A stretch of 64,000 nt of DNA from a virus. Lineage: Duplodnaviria; Heunggongvirae; Uroviricota; Caudoviricetes. How positions within the stretch are numbered: the stretch's first letter is position 1; each line of letters begins with the position of its first letter. The DNA lies in the IMG/VR virus record IMGVR_UViG_3300035696_001272. One strand, 5' to 3'. This document shows, piece after piece, positions 53,019 to 62,685 of the stretch. A model generated the notes under the pieces. It searched no databases. It worked only from the letters and a program-made list of their open reading frames with translations, and was not told where the DNA came from. Made by a program: the position numbers and the translations under genes.

Positions 53019-53931
53019 AGCTTATACGATTCTTGGTTTGTCCTCTAGCGCCTCGTCCGAGGAAGCTAAAAAACAATACAGGAAATTGACCAAGGAATTT
53101 CATCCAGACATAAACAAGGAGCCTGGAGCCGAGGACAAGTTCAAGAAAATAAATGAGGCTTATCAAGTTGTACAAACTGGTAAAAGCACTGACTTGGAAG
53201 ACAGGCATTCACAACGTTCTCCATTTCATAAACAACATGTTATTCAATTAGACAATGTAGAAGTTCATTTAACTGTTTCTTTCAAAGATTCTGTTTTAGG
53301 ATGTAAAAGAGAAGTCAAATATTCACGCCAAGCTAAATGCAGTCAATGTGATGGTGCCGGTGACGTTCGTCTCAACAACGGTTGTAAAAAATGTGGTGGC
53401 AAGGGACAGACCGTTGTGAGACAAGGGCAATCAGTTATGATTACCACTTGCTCTGAATGCTTTGGTAGGTCCAGTATTGAGGAATGTAGTTCTTGCAAGG
53501 GCGAAGGTGTTATGCACACAGACGTATCCGTGCACGTGTCCGTGCCTGCGGGAATTATCAACAACACTATTCTACGACTTCAAGGTATGGGAAACTATGC
53601 TGGTTCTTTTATGGGATTTGCAGATCAGTATACGGATGCTTTTTGTCACGTTCATGTGACCGCTGATCCTGATTTGAGCTTAGAGGGCAAGAGTGTGGTC
53701 AGTCACTTGACAGTATCTTTATTGGATGCTTTGCGGGGTTGTGCGCGTACTGTTAAGACCATTCATGGTGATAAAGAAATCCAGGTTAAACCACAGTCCA
53801 GAAATTGTGATGAGGTAATTATCCCTCATTGTGGTGTAAGCGGTACTGGTGAACAGCGAGTGATTCTGGACGTACAATATCCCAAGAATATCGATAAGCT
53901 GGTGGATGTCTTACGAGATGAGGTAAAATAA
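53005..53931 (+). CDS. dnaJ: DnaJ chaperone
   Basis: J domain with HPD, four CxxCxGxG-like repeats, C-terminal beta domains; G/F region almost absent. Confidence 0.9.
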   Translation: MKLSEAYTILGLSSSASSEEAKKQYRKLTKEFHPDINKEPGAEDKFKKINEAYQVVQTGKSTDLEDRHSQRSPFHKQHVIQLDNVEVHLTVSFKDSVLGCKREVKYSRQAKCSQCDGAGDVRLNNGCKKCGGKGQTVVRQGQSVMITTCSECFGRSSIEECSSCKGEGVMHTDVSVHVSVPAGIINNTILRLQGMGNYAGSFMGFADQYTDAFCHVHVTADPDLSLEGKSVVSHLTVSLLDALRGCARTVKTIHGDKEIQVKPQSRNCDEVIIPHCGVSGTGEQRVILDVQYPKNIDKLVDVLRDEVK

Positions 53932-54293
53932 TGGCTCTTGCACTATTCTGTAACAACACATATACTGATGACAAAGGTAAACAAAGAAAATGTGGCGAGA
54001 TGGAGCCTTACATGGACCCCAAAACAGATAAGGTCTATTGTTCCAAATGTGATAGTGAGATGACCAACGTTACTCATTTCATGAAGTCCACCATGAAAAC
54101 GCTGAAGCAATACAGGCAAAAGCAGCCGGTAGCTTTTGGCGTCAAATGCAAAAACTGTGGAAAAGATGCGCAACCCAAGATAGTTGGCGATGATATAGTG
54201 TGTCCAGGGTGCGGTAAAGCGCACGATCAGCTGAGTGAGCCATTCAAAATTATGTTGAGAGACAAACTCAGGACCGCAAATAAAGACGTATAA
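53931..54293 (+). CDS. Double zinc-ribbon protein
   Basis: C..C, CSKC, CKNC, CPGC. Confidence 0.7.
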   Translation: MALALFCNNTYTDDKGKQRKCGEMEPYMDPKTDKVYCSKCDSEMTNVTHFMKSTMKTLKQYRQKQPVAFGVKCKNCGKDAQPKIVGDDIVCPGCGKAHDQLSEPFKIMLRDKLRTANKDV

Positions 54294-54296
54294 AGC

Positions 54297-55073
54297 ATGT
54301 TAGATAAAATAGTAGAGTCCTGTCAATTTCTGTTGAACAATTATCCAGAAGCACAGGCAAGCAAATCTTACCTCGATTCTCGATTGGAATCGGAGAGTCA
54401 AGAAGCTTTTCAGTTTGGTTATTTTCCAGGTGTCCAAAACATCGCGGCCCTTACTGACTTAGTGGGCGAAGAAGCTCTAATCAAAGAAAGATTGCTCTAC
54501 ATTAGAGATATTGAGGATTCACTTTTCCCACGAAAGGTCCGCTCTTGTTATTTTGAAGAGTACCCTCTGGTAATGCCTTTCCGTAATATCTATGGTCAGG
54601 CAGTTGGTTTGGTGGGTCGAACCTTGCTGGGTGAAGATGAGCGTAAGAAGCGAAAACTCTCCAAATACAAAAATACATTAGAATCCCCTCTATTTAAAAA
54701 GGGTAACTTATTATTTGGACTTTATGAAAATAAGAAGGCCATATTAGATCTTGGAGAGGTCTTTGTCGTAGAAGGTCAATTTGATGTTATTAAGGCAATG
54801 GAGAAAGGATTTAGGAATATTGTTGCTTTAGGTAATTCTAATATGACTTCCTATCAATTTTCCGTCATTAGCAGATACACTAGTAACATATGTCTGTTAT
54901 TAGATAATGATGAAGCCGGTGACAAAGGGAGGAAACGGATCATTAAAAAGTTTGGCGAGTTCGCCAATATTCGTGATTTTTACATACCAGACGGGTTTAA
55001 GGACATAGATGAGTACATCACTAAGGGAAACATTAGTGACTATACTGAGATGTCTTTTACCCTTAAGAATTGA
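54297..55073 (+). CDS. DnaG-type primase catalytic/TOPRIM core without zinc-binding domain
   Basis: YL.SR, PFRNIYGQAVGLVGRTL, KYKN..ESPLFKKG, VVEGQFDV, LDNDEAG, KDIDE. Confidence 0.9.
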   Translation: MLDKIVESCQFLLNNYPEAQASKSYLDSRLESESQEAFQFGYFPGVQNIAALTDLVGEEALIKERLLYIRDIEDSLFPRKVRSCYFEEYPLVMPFRNIYGQAVGLVGRTLLGEDERKKRKLSKYKNTLESPLFKKGNLLFGLYENKKAILDLGEVFVVEGQFDVIKAMEKGFRNIVALGNSNMTSYQFSVISRYTSNICLLLDNDEAGDKGRKRIIKKFGEFANIRDFYIPDGFKDIDEYITKGNISDYTEMSFTLKN

Positions 55074-55144
55074 AATTTATTGAAAATTTCAATCATCCCG
55101 TATTGTTATATTGTGATTGTGTTCTTTTACTCTTTAGGGGATGA

Positions 55145-55720
55145 ATGTATCAGACTTATGTGGTGGTAAACAAGTTAAACGGCAAGATATATGTTGGCTC
55201 TACTGAAAGAGAGCTTAAAATACGATGGCAGAAACATCTTGTTAAAGTCAATGAGGGATCATTATGCACCCTTCATAAAGCCATCAGAAAATATGGAAAA
55301 GATAACTTCGATATTCGAATGATCGAGGAATATCCTACCAAAAAAGCTATGTTAGTGGGCGAAATAGATTGGATTTCTTATTTCGATACCTATAAATCTC
55401 CTTATGGCTATAATGACACGCCAGGAGGTGAAGGCGGTAATACTAATGGTGGCAAGAAGTTTTCCGAGGAATGGAAGGCTAAGATTTCCGCCAGTAATAA
55501 GGGTAGAGAATTTTCAGAGGAACATAAAAAAAATCTTTCAGAAAGTCAGTTGGGACATGTGGCACCCAATAGAAAATTAACTTTTGATCAAGCGGAAGAG
55601 ATAAGGAAAGAATATGCCACTGGCTTGATCACCCAGAAGCAATTAGGTAAAAAATACAGTTTAACGCAAGACTGTATTTTCAAGATTGTAACTGGTAAAA
55701 CCTATAATGAGCGAGGTTAA
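55145..55720 (+). CDS. GIY-YIG homing-type endonuclease with NUMOD3/HTH tail
   Basis: TYVVVNKLNGKIYVGST, RW..H, E..WI...., GYN.T.GG, FSEEHKKNLSES. Confidence 0.85.
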   Translation: MYQTYVVVNKLNGKIYVGSTERELKIRWQKHLVKVNEGSLCTLHKAIRKYGKDNFDIRMIEEYPTKKAMLVGEIDWISYFDTYKSPYGYNDTPGGEGGNTNGGKKFSEEWKAKISASNKGREFSEEHKKNLSESQLGHVAPNRKLTFDQAEEIRKEYATGLITQKQLGKKYSLTQDCIFKIVTGKTYNERG

Positions 55721-55721
55721 T

Positions 55722-56162
55722 ATGGAGAGACGCAAGAATAGGTCAGATAAATACCAGTGGGTACTTCTTGAAACAGTTTGTTCAAATGATATGATGGAAG
55801 CCTTTTGCAATGAGGATAGCATTGCTGCAAGACTTAATCCATTTGAGTACAATGAAGATTTGATCGAGCTGGAAGAGCAGCTCAAGAAAGAGTTCTGGAG
55901 AGTGGTAGATACCCTACTAACCGACAGACAAAGACAAGTAATTAGACTTTATGCTGATGGCTACACTCAAATGGAGATAGCTAAGATGCTAAATGTCAAC
56001 CAAAGTTCCATCACCAAGTCGTTAAATGGCAACGTAGATTACAAGAACGGTAAGAAGATTTATGGTGGAGCTAGGAAGAAAATTCGCAAGATCGTTGAAA
56101 ACGATGATAAGATCAAGGATATTTTGGCCAAAATGCGCGATCTTAGAGATGAACGCTGGTAA
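55722..56162 (+). CDS. Sigma-70 region-4 HTH protein (phage sigma-like factor)
   Basis: LTDRQRQVIRLYADGYTQMEIAKMLNVNQSSITKSL. Confidence 0.75.
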   Translation: MERRKNRSDKYQWVLLETVCSNDMMEAFCNEDSIAARLNPFEYNEDLIELEEQLKKEFWRVVDTLLTDRQRQVIRLYADGYTQMEIAKMLNVNQSSITKSLNGNVDYKNGKKIYGGARKKIRKIVENDDKIKDILAKMRDLRDERW

Positions 56163-56266
56163 TAATTTGTAATTTACCTGATGGGCAACCCTCATCAATA
56201 AAAGACAGAATATTATCAATATTTCTCTATCTAAGATAGGGTATATCCTGTTCAATGGGAGACACG

Positions 56267-56731
56267 ATGTCTAAATTTTCGATAGATTACTCAGGCTTGG
56301 CTAACCAGATTACTAAAAAAGCATACCGTCTTTCTGACGTTAAAGATCAGTTGGAGACAGTTGCTTTCGATGTAGTTAGGTTTAAAGACGGAGATAAAGG
56401 TGCCGAGCTATGGCAAGTTCAAAGTGCGGATGATGGAGATTACATCGTTGCTCTTTATGATGAAGATGAGTCCGAGAAGACTGCCTCCCAAAATCCTTGG
56501 AGTGTATTAGTTACCAAGAGCGGTACAGATTTGCAAATTTCTTACAAGGGCGATCCTATTGTAAGATTTGCAGCATCTAAGCTTGGCATTCCTTCAACCG
56601 AATTGCACAAGGCTGAACAGTACCTACCTGAGAAATTGGCTACCAATAGCAAACTAGTGAAAACTCTCTTGAGTGAGTTGAACGAAGCTGCTAGACAAGA
56701 GGTAGCTAGAAGATATCCAGAACTGGTTTAA
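56267..56731 (+). CDS. Hypothetical protein (probable virion cluster)
   Basis: GGGAG SD before ATG 56267. Confidence 0.7.
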   Translation: MSKFSIDYSGLANQITKKAYRLSDVKDQLETVAFDVVRFKDGDKGAELWQVQSADDGDYIVALYDEDESEKTASQNPWSVLVTKSGTDLQISYKGDPIVRFAASKLGIPSTELHKAEQYLPEKLATNSKLVKTLLSELNEAARQEVARRYPELV

Positions 56732-56746
56732 CGGAATAGGTGTTTA

Positions 56747-58357
56747 ATGAGCCTCGATAAATTATACCAATTGGTAGGTTCTCTAGCAAAAGCAGTAGAT
56801 GACAATGAAAAGTTAGCTACTCCACTTTTAGCAGCTAAGCTAACTAAATGTGTAGCAGCCTATCCTCAAGATCAAACCATCGGTGCGATGTCCAGAGTTA
56901 TCGGCAAGATGGCTCAAAATGAGACCCTTTTTATTCGTAAGGGTGATTTGAAAGCCCTATACCACAAACTTTATTCTCGTGGTACTAAGTTTAACGAACT
57001 CTTTGCCTCTGAACTTGGCGAAGAGCCAGCCGAGCCAGAGATAACCACTTATCAACGTGATGAGGCTGTTAAGGCTAACGCTTATCACATTGGTGATCAA
57101 GTATTGGCTAACGCCCTCAATAGTGCTTTTGATAATCAACTTCCACTAAAGATGTATTCGCAACCATTGGCTGAAAAGGCCGTTAAGTCGGTTAGCGCTA
57201 CCCTAGATGCTTGGAACCTCAAGCCATCTCACTTAACTGTCAGTGCTGGTAACGATAAGTTTATCGTTATTAAGGCTGATTATGAGACTCCAAAGGGTAT
57301 CACTAGTTTTTACGTTCCAGTAGAAGTAACTAAGAATGAAGTTCTAGAGCCAGAAGTTTTCATGGGTAATACTGGACCAGAAGACCTCAATCACACTTCT
57401 ATTAAAGCCTATTTGACTCAGCAAGCTGGTGTCAAGACCAAGATTGCTGCCACTGATATTTTAACAGCGATTACTGCTGCTACCACGGAAAAGCGTGAGG
57501 TTACTGCCGCTGAATTGGCAGTTGCTCGTCTCAACGCTTCTCGTCAATCAAACTCTGAATTCTTCCAAGGACAAATTGTTGGACAGAAGGTAGCCGAAGC
57601 TGCTAAGAAAGATGTTGAACTTCCAAAGTCTGATGAGTTCTTCTCCTTCGAAAAGAAATTTACCACTCCACAAGGACTTGCTTCTTGGAGATTTGGTCAG
57701 GACGTGTTGGACGCTGCTAGAGTTCATCTAGCTCGCGAAATCGCTTCTTTTGGCTTTTCTAACCCACAGATTGTTGTAACTGGTAACGATGAGAATACTA
57801 TCTTCTATGGCATCTCTCTAGATACGGGCAAAGTTGCATTCACTGTTCCAGTTAAGGTAGCTGGTGGCAAAATTCAAAAGCCAGCCTTCATGCTGTGCAA
57901 CGGTTCATTGGCCTCCTTCGATAAGTCAGGAATCAATCAACTAGTTAGTGAAAACAAGACAGACGTTAAGACAGCTGCTGTTGCTTCTAACATGGCTGCT
58001 CTCAAGCCAAGTGAAATTGTTAACAATCTACGTCAAGCTTTGGCTGATGAAAACTTTGCTAAGGCAGAAGACGCTCTCAATGTGCTAGCTAACTCTGGCG
58101 ATTCAAAGGCTTATGCCACCGCATTCCAAATCTATATGGATGGATTGGTTGGTAACAAGACTGCCGAGACCAAGTGCTCTAATATGATTCAACCAAAGAA
58201 GGGTTCAGTCAGTGAGTATCCAATTTGTTCCCACACTGGATTACCAATCAATAAGGTATACCAAGACAAAGATGGCAACTGCCGTCCATTGTACCGTAAG
58301 GGTATGGATGAGACTTACGAGGGTGCCTCCTTCATGAACTCTAAAATCTTCGGGTGA
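56747..58357 (+). CDS. Large hypothetical protein (probable virion/structural)
   Basis: 536-aa ORF. Confidence 0.7.
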   Translation: MSLDKLYQLVGSLAKAVDDNEKLATPLLAAKLTKCVAAYPQDQTIGAMSRVIGKMAQNETLFIRKGDLKALYHKLYSRGTKFNELFASELGEEPAEPEITTYQRDEAVKANAYHIGDQVLANALNSAFDNQLPLKMYSQPLAEKAVKSVSATLDAWNLKPSHLTVSAGNDKFIVIKADYETPKGITSFYVPVEVTKNEVLEPEVFMGNTGPEDLNHTSIKAYLTQQAGVKTKIAATDILTAITAATTEKREVTAAELAVARLNASRQSNSEFFQGQIVGQKVAEAAKKDVELPKSDEFFSFEKKFTTPQGLASWRFGQDVLDAARVHLAREIASFGFSNPQIVVTGNDENTIFYGISLDTGKVAFTVPVKVAGGKIQKPAFMLCNGSLASFDKSGINQLVSENKTDVKTAAVASNMAALKPSEIVNNLRQALADENFAKAEDALNVLANSGDSKAYATAFQIYMDGLVGNKTAETKCSNMIQPKKGSVSEYPICSHTGLPINKVYQDKDGNCRPLYRKGMDETYEGASFMNSKIFG

Positions 58358-58360
58358 TCC

Positions 58361-59173
58361 ATGAGGATGTTTAGACTGGCCAAACTTTTCGAGCATAAGC
58401 ACGGTTTAGGCTCGTTTGTAAAAACATCTGCATCTCCCAAAGATATTCTAGAGGATGCTAAGGATCAAATTTTAACCAACTACAAAATGTGGGTCATGGG
58501 TAAATATCGAGCCCTCAAGATATTGGCCGAGAGTGGCGAACCACATGCTAAAGCTTTGTATGCACTTTACAATGATTTGGTAGCCAATATTGACACTTAT
58601 TCTCCATTACAATTATTCAATCGTGTCAATAAAATATTGGGCATGATCAGCGAGATGCATGCTAATAAAGCATATCGACAAAGCATTCATGATTCAGTTG
58701 CCGTTTCAAAAGAATCTGATAGGAATTTCCGAGAACACCTTAAATCTGGTTTTGAAACCAACTTACGCAGTATTTCTTCTGGTTTAGACAAAGTCAGAAA
58801 ACTATTAAAAGCTTTTGTTCCTGGTGCCGAATTGACTGGTGGACCAGTGGCTGCTCAGCGTAAAGCCTTGAGCAAAGAAAAGCTACTGATGTTCATGCAT
58901 AGTCGTGCGGCACAGCAATACGGTCTAGATAACCTAGAAGTTATGACACAATTGCTAGCTTATCCAGAGACTAAAGAAAGATTAACTACACTTATTAATG
59001 CCATTGATCGAGGACATTTCCCAATAGATGGACCACAGGTCATGGCTGAAGCTGCTGCGATAAAGGCGTGGTTAGATGCTAAAAAGACTAATCTTCCGGC
59101 ATTAGAGCAAGGCCCAGAGAAACCGGCCTCTCCGGTCTCCCTTTTTGAGGAAGAGGACGAGGAAACCGATTAA
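58361..59173 (+). CDS. Hypothetical helical protein
   Basis: ORF. Confidence 0.7.
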   Translation: MRMFRLAKLFEHKHGLGSFVKTSASPKDILEDAKDQILTNYKMWVMGKYRALKILAESGEPHAKALYALYNDLVANIDTYSPLQLFNRVNKILGMISEMHANKAYRQSIHDSVAVSKESDRNFREHLKSGFETNLRSISSGLDKVRKLLKAFVPGAELTGGPVAAQRKALSKEKLLMFMHSRAAQQYGLDNLEVMTQLLAYPETKERLTTLINAIDRGHFPIDGPQVMAEAAAIKAWLDAKKTNLPALEQGPEKPASPVSLFEEEDEETD

Positions 59174-59184
59174 GAGGATAAACT

Positions 59185-59898
59185 ATGAGAACTGCTGAAC
59201 TATTAAACGCTATGGCTGCTTGGCTAGAAAGTCCAAATAACGAAGCTATGTTACTTGCTGAAGGCGATGAAGATTGCCTACACGTAGTAGCTGAGTCTTG
59301 TGTTCTTGCTGCCGAGTTGCTCAAGAAGGCTGCTGAAGAGGTTGATACCTTGGAGCCAGCCACCGAATCTCTTATCACTGCCGAGTCGATTGAAGAGACT
59401 GCCGCTTTAGCACAAGCCCTAGATGCTGCTGGTGATCCTCAACTCAAGAAGATGGCTTCCGTACTAGACGAATTGCTACTTACCATCGCTGCCCCACCTC
59501 AGGCATTAGCTGAGAAGAAGGCTGCTGAGAGTAATCGTATCGAAGAGCTACGTAAGAAATATCAGGGTGTTCGTGAAAAACTTCACGAGTACAACAAGAT
59601 TGGTATTTCCGAGAAGGCCATTGATAAAAGCAACTTCACTAAGGAATATAGAATTCTAGAAGCTCCGCTCAACACACGTTACTGTCCAGACCATCCAGGC
59701 GCTCAAATTGCACGTGTTGGTGAACACATGTGGCAATGCGATTTAGACAAGAAGACTTACAATTTTGAGACTGGTTACGAACTCAATAACGGAACGAAAG
59801 TACCTGGTGGAGATGTGGCTGAACAAACTCAAAGTCTCAATATTCCATACCACGCCATTTTTGACACCCGTGAGGGCAGACTAGGTTACAATAAGTAA
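59185..59898 (+). CDS. Helical protein with C-terminal C/H zinc ribbon
   Basis: YCPDHPG...WQC; GAGGA SD. Confidence 0.7.
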   Translation: MRTAELLNAMAAWLESPNNEAMLLAEGDEDCLHVVAESCVLAAELLKKAAEEVDTLEPATESLITAESIEETAALAQALDAAGDPQLKKMASVLDELLLTIAAPPQALAEKKAAESNRIEELRKKYQGVREKLHEYNKIGISEKAIDKSNFTKEYRILEAPLNTRYCPDHPGAQIARVGEHMWQCDLDKKTYNFETGYELNNGTKVPGGDVAEQTQSLNIPYHAIFDTREGRLGYNK

Positions 59899-59925
59899 TA
59901 CTTGGGTTCGATATAACAATGTATA

Positions 59926-60681
59926 ATGAACAAAAACGCACTCAAGAAAATTCTGGATCATCCAGATAAAGATGAAATTATTGCAAAACTAGTATTAGAT
60001 TATCCTGCTAAAGATATTCATGATTGGTTAGCTGCTAAGTATACTAATGTCAGCGAAGCTAAATTTGTCGTAGCTGAGAAATCAATTAAGACATTCAAAG
60101 ATAATTATTTGGATGTTTATAATATGATTCGTGAAGATATTCAGAAAACTAAACAAGCTGTAGCTACTAGCACAGAAGCTGAGTTAGAGCTAGCTGTTAG
60201 GAACAATCCAACTTATAAGAGTAAAATGTTGGAATTGGCTAACAAAGAAATAGATGTTCGTCAAATGGTTGCCCAATTGTGCATCGCCATTGAGACCCGT
60301 TTAGGCCAGGTTTTCGACGAAATCCAAGAAAACCCCCGCGACATAAACAGTCGAATTGACCGCGTATTGATTGAATACGGTGAGTTGCTCGGCGGTCTAT
60401 TGGAAAAATATTATAAATTCACTGAAAGCCCAGCCGACTTAGTTATCCAGCACAACGTGACTTTGCAGGCAGTGGATCAGCATATTTCGGTATTTCATGA
60501 TGTAATCCGAGAAGTTTTGTCTCAATTGGACTTGGAAAGTTCTATGTTATTTATGGAACTTTTTCAGGAAAAGATGGCTAAACTCAAGCCGCCTACTCCT
60601 GAATCAATGCCCAACACAGATGTGAAATTGGCCGAGGCTAAACTCTTAAATGAAACAATTAACAAAAAGTTGAATCAATAA
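59926..60681 (+). CDS. Hypothetical helical protein
   Basis: ORF. Confidence 0.7.
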   Translation: MNKNALKKILDHPDKDEIIAKLVLDYPAKDIHDWLAAKYTNVSEAKFVVAEKSIKTFKDNYLDVYNMIREDIQKTKQAVATSTEAELELAVRNNPTYKSKMLELANKEIDVRQMVAQLCIAIETRLGQVFDEIQENPRDINSRIDRVLIEYGELLGGLLEKYYKFTESPADLVIQHNVTLQAVDQHISVFHDVIREVLSQLDLESSMLFMELFQEKMAKLKPPTPESMPNTDVKLAEAKLLNETINKKLNQ

Positions 60682-62672
60682 TGCCAGAAATCAAATCTTC
60701 CAAGAAATCAATTAAGGACGTACCTTCCAAAAAACTGGAAAAGGTCAACCCTTATGAACAGGAAGCTTCTAAGCTGGAAAGCGAAATTCGCGACTTGAAA
60801 AAATTAAACGATCCCGAGTTGCAAGCCAAAATACAAAAGCTTATGGAGTCGTTTGATTTATATGGCATCGATTATAGTAAGTTTAATCCGGAATTGATTT
60901 CTTTCATCACTGACAAAAAGGCTTATCCAAACGTCGATCAGTATATGTTCATACCTAGCCGTCATGATATGAAGAAATGGATGTTCGCTCTGAAAGATGT
61001 TCATTATAAGCAGAAGGCCGGCTTTCAATATAAAGATGCTATTCGTCAAGCAACTTCTGGTTGGCCTAAAATGGAAGTATACGACTTTTTGAATTGGCTA
61101 AAATTCTATGACGAAGGGGCTCATATGAAATACAAAACCGCACAAGTCTGGTATGAAAATGGACAACCAGGTTACTTTTTACATATCAAGCCAGATCCAA
61201 AACCAGAGCCTCAACCATTAACAGATGCTCAATCTGTCAATGATGCTCGTGAAGAGGCTAACAAACTAGAGGAAAAGAAACAGACCATTGAAAAGCAACG
61301 TCAAAAGATTATCGGACGTTTGGATTCTGCTGAGAAGCTTCTACGCTCTCCAGAGGGACAAATGTTCGCTGGCGACGAGTTGGAAAATTTGATGGAAGCT
61401 ATTTACAGCCTCAAAAAGAAAGTTCAGTTAGTTAACAAGATTAGTGTTTCCACTCGACTATATGAAGATATGATCGTGCGTGAAGGCAACGTTCTCAGCC
61501 GTAAAGGTTTTGTCAAAGCTGCTGGATTGCTATACTCATTAGCTCAATCCCCAGGTCAATCCGGTGAAAAAGCCACTGGTAAAAAGAAAGGTGGCGATGT
61601 AGGTTTGATCCCACCAACTCCACCAGCCGATCCTTCTGGCGCTGGTCAATCTGGAACTATGAGCGGCCTTCCGGCTACTATTCCAGGAACTCCAAATGTC
61701 CAAACTCCAGTTGATGGAGATCAGCAATTAGATCATCCAAATATGAAGGGATTAACCCCCGCTCCTAAGGCGGACCCAGGTACTGCAGTATCCAGTCCAG
61801 CCATCATACCACAAGAAGATCCGCAACCAAAAGGCATCAAAGAGTTCATTGAAAATATGAACAAAGGTAACAAGACTGACGAAACGGGCGCTGAGGATGA
61901 TCTAGAAGTGTTCGATCATTTAGAAGTTGAAGACCCAGGAACTTCGATGGTTACTGAAGCTCAAGCTGCCCCACCAGTTGCCCCACCAGGTGTACCACCT
62001 GCCGTTTTGGAAGATGTTCCAATGACAGATTCACCTGCTCCTGAGAGAAACCCACCAACTTTCATTCCAACAGTTGCTCCAAAGGCAGATAAGCCAGCTA
62101 AACCAGCGGCTGAAGAACCATTGGAAGTAACCGAGGATGATATCCCGGTAACTGCTCCAGGCGGATTCAGCGCTAAAATAAATGGCACCTTTGCTGATGT
62201 TACTTTGGCTGATATCGTATCCGAACTAGAAGATATTTCCAAGTCATACAAGACTAGAGAACAACCAAGGAGACTAGGTTGGGTTGATATGGCTTTAGAT
62301 AGCAAAGGCTTAGCTTCTTTCTTCCCTTCACTTTCTGAAGCTCAGAACAAAGCACTGGAAGCTAACAACTATATTTCAACTCGTATAGATGACATTTTGT
62401 CCAAACTACGTGGAGCTATGGCTAGCCAGGAAGCTGCACCAACCGCTCCAGAGCCAGAGAATCCAGAACTTGCTGGCATCAAAGGCAAACTACAAAGCGA
62501 GCAAGATAAAGAAAAGCAACGCAAGCAAATGAGAAAAGAGCAAGAAGCTGCCGAATTAACCGCCCCAAAGAAAGAGACTCCAGTAGTCGAAATGGGTGAG
62601 TTAGGCGCACCTGCCGCTCCACCACCTCCTGCCGCACCAGCAGTCGGTCCAGCTCCAAGGCCATTAGGCTAA
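60681..62672 (+). CDS. Large Pro-rich hypothetical protein
   Basis: 663-aa ORF with P/A-rich linkers. Confidence 0.7.
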   Translation: MPEIKSSKKSIKDVPSKKLEKVNPYEQEASKLESEIRDLKKLNDPELQAKIQKLMESFDLYGIDYSKFNPELISFITDKKAYPNVDQYMFIPSRHDMKKWMFALKDVHYKQKAGFQYKDAIRQATSGWPKMEVYDFLNWLKFYDEGAHMKYKTAQVWYENGQPGYFLHIKPDPKPEPQPLTDAQSVNDAREEANKLEEKKQTIEKQRQKIIGRLDSAEKLLRSPEGQMFAGDELENLMEAIYSLKKKVQLVNKISVSTRLYEDMIVREGNVLSRKGFVKAAGLLYSLAQSPGQSGEKATGKKKGGDVGLIPPTPPADPSGAGQSGTMSGLPATIPGTPNVQTPVDGDQQLDHPNMKGLTPAPKADPGTAVSSPAIIPQEDPQPKGIKEFIENMNKGNKTDETGAEDDLEVFDHLEVEDPGTSMVTEAQAAPPVAPPGVPPAVLEDVPMTDSPAPERNPPTFIPTVAPKADKPAKPAAEEPLEVTEDDIPVTAPGGFSAKINGTFADVTLADIVSELEDISKSYKTREQPRRLGWVDMALDSKGLASFFPSLSEAQNKALEANNYISTRIDDILSKLRGAMASQEAAPTAPEPENPELAGIKGKLQSEQDKEKQRKQMRKEQEAAELTAPKKETPVVEMGELGAPAAPPPPAAPAVGPAPRPLG

Positions 62673-62685
62673 GCGAAGAAAATGA

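Noticed and set aside
16682-62664. Numerous 60-150 aa minus-strand or alternate-frame ORFs in the track
   Set aside because: They lie wholly within well-supported + strand genes, lack SDs or recognisable motifs, and are expected shadow ORFs.
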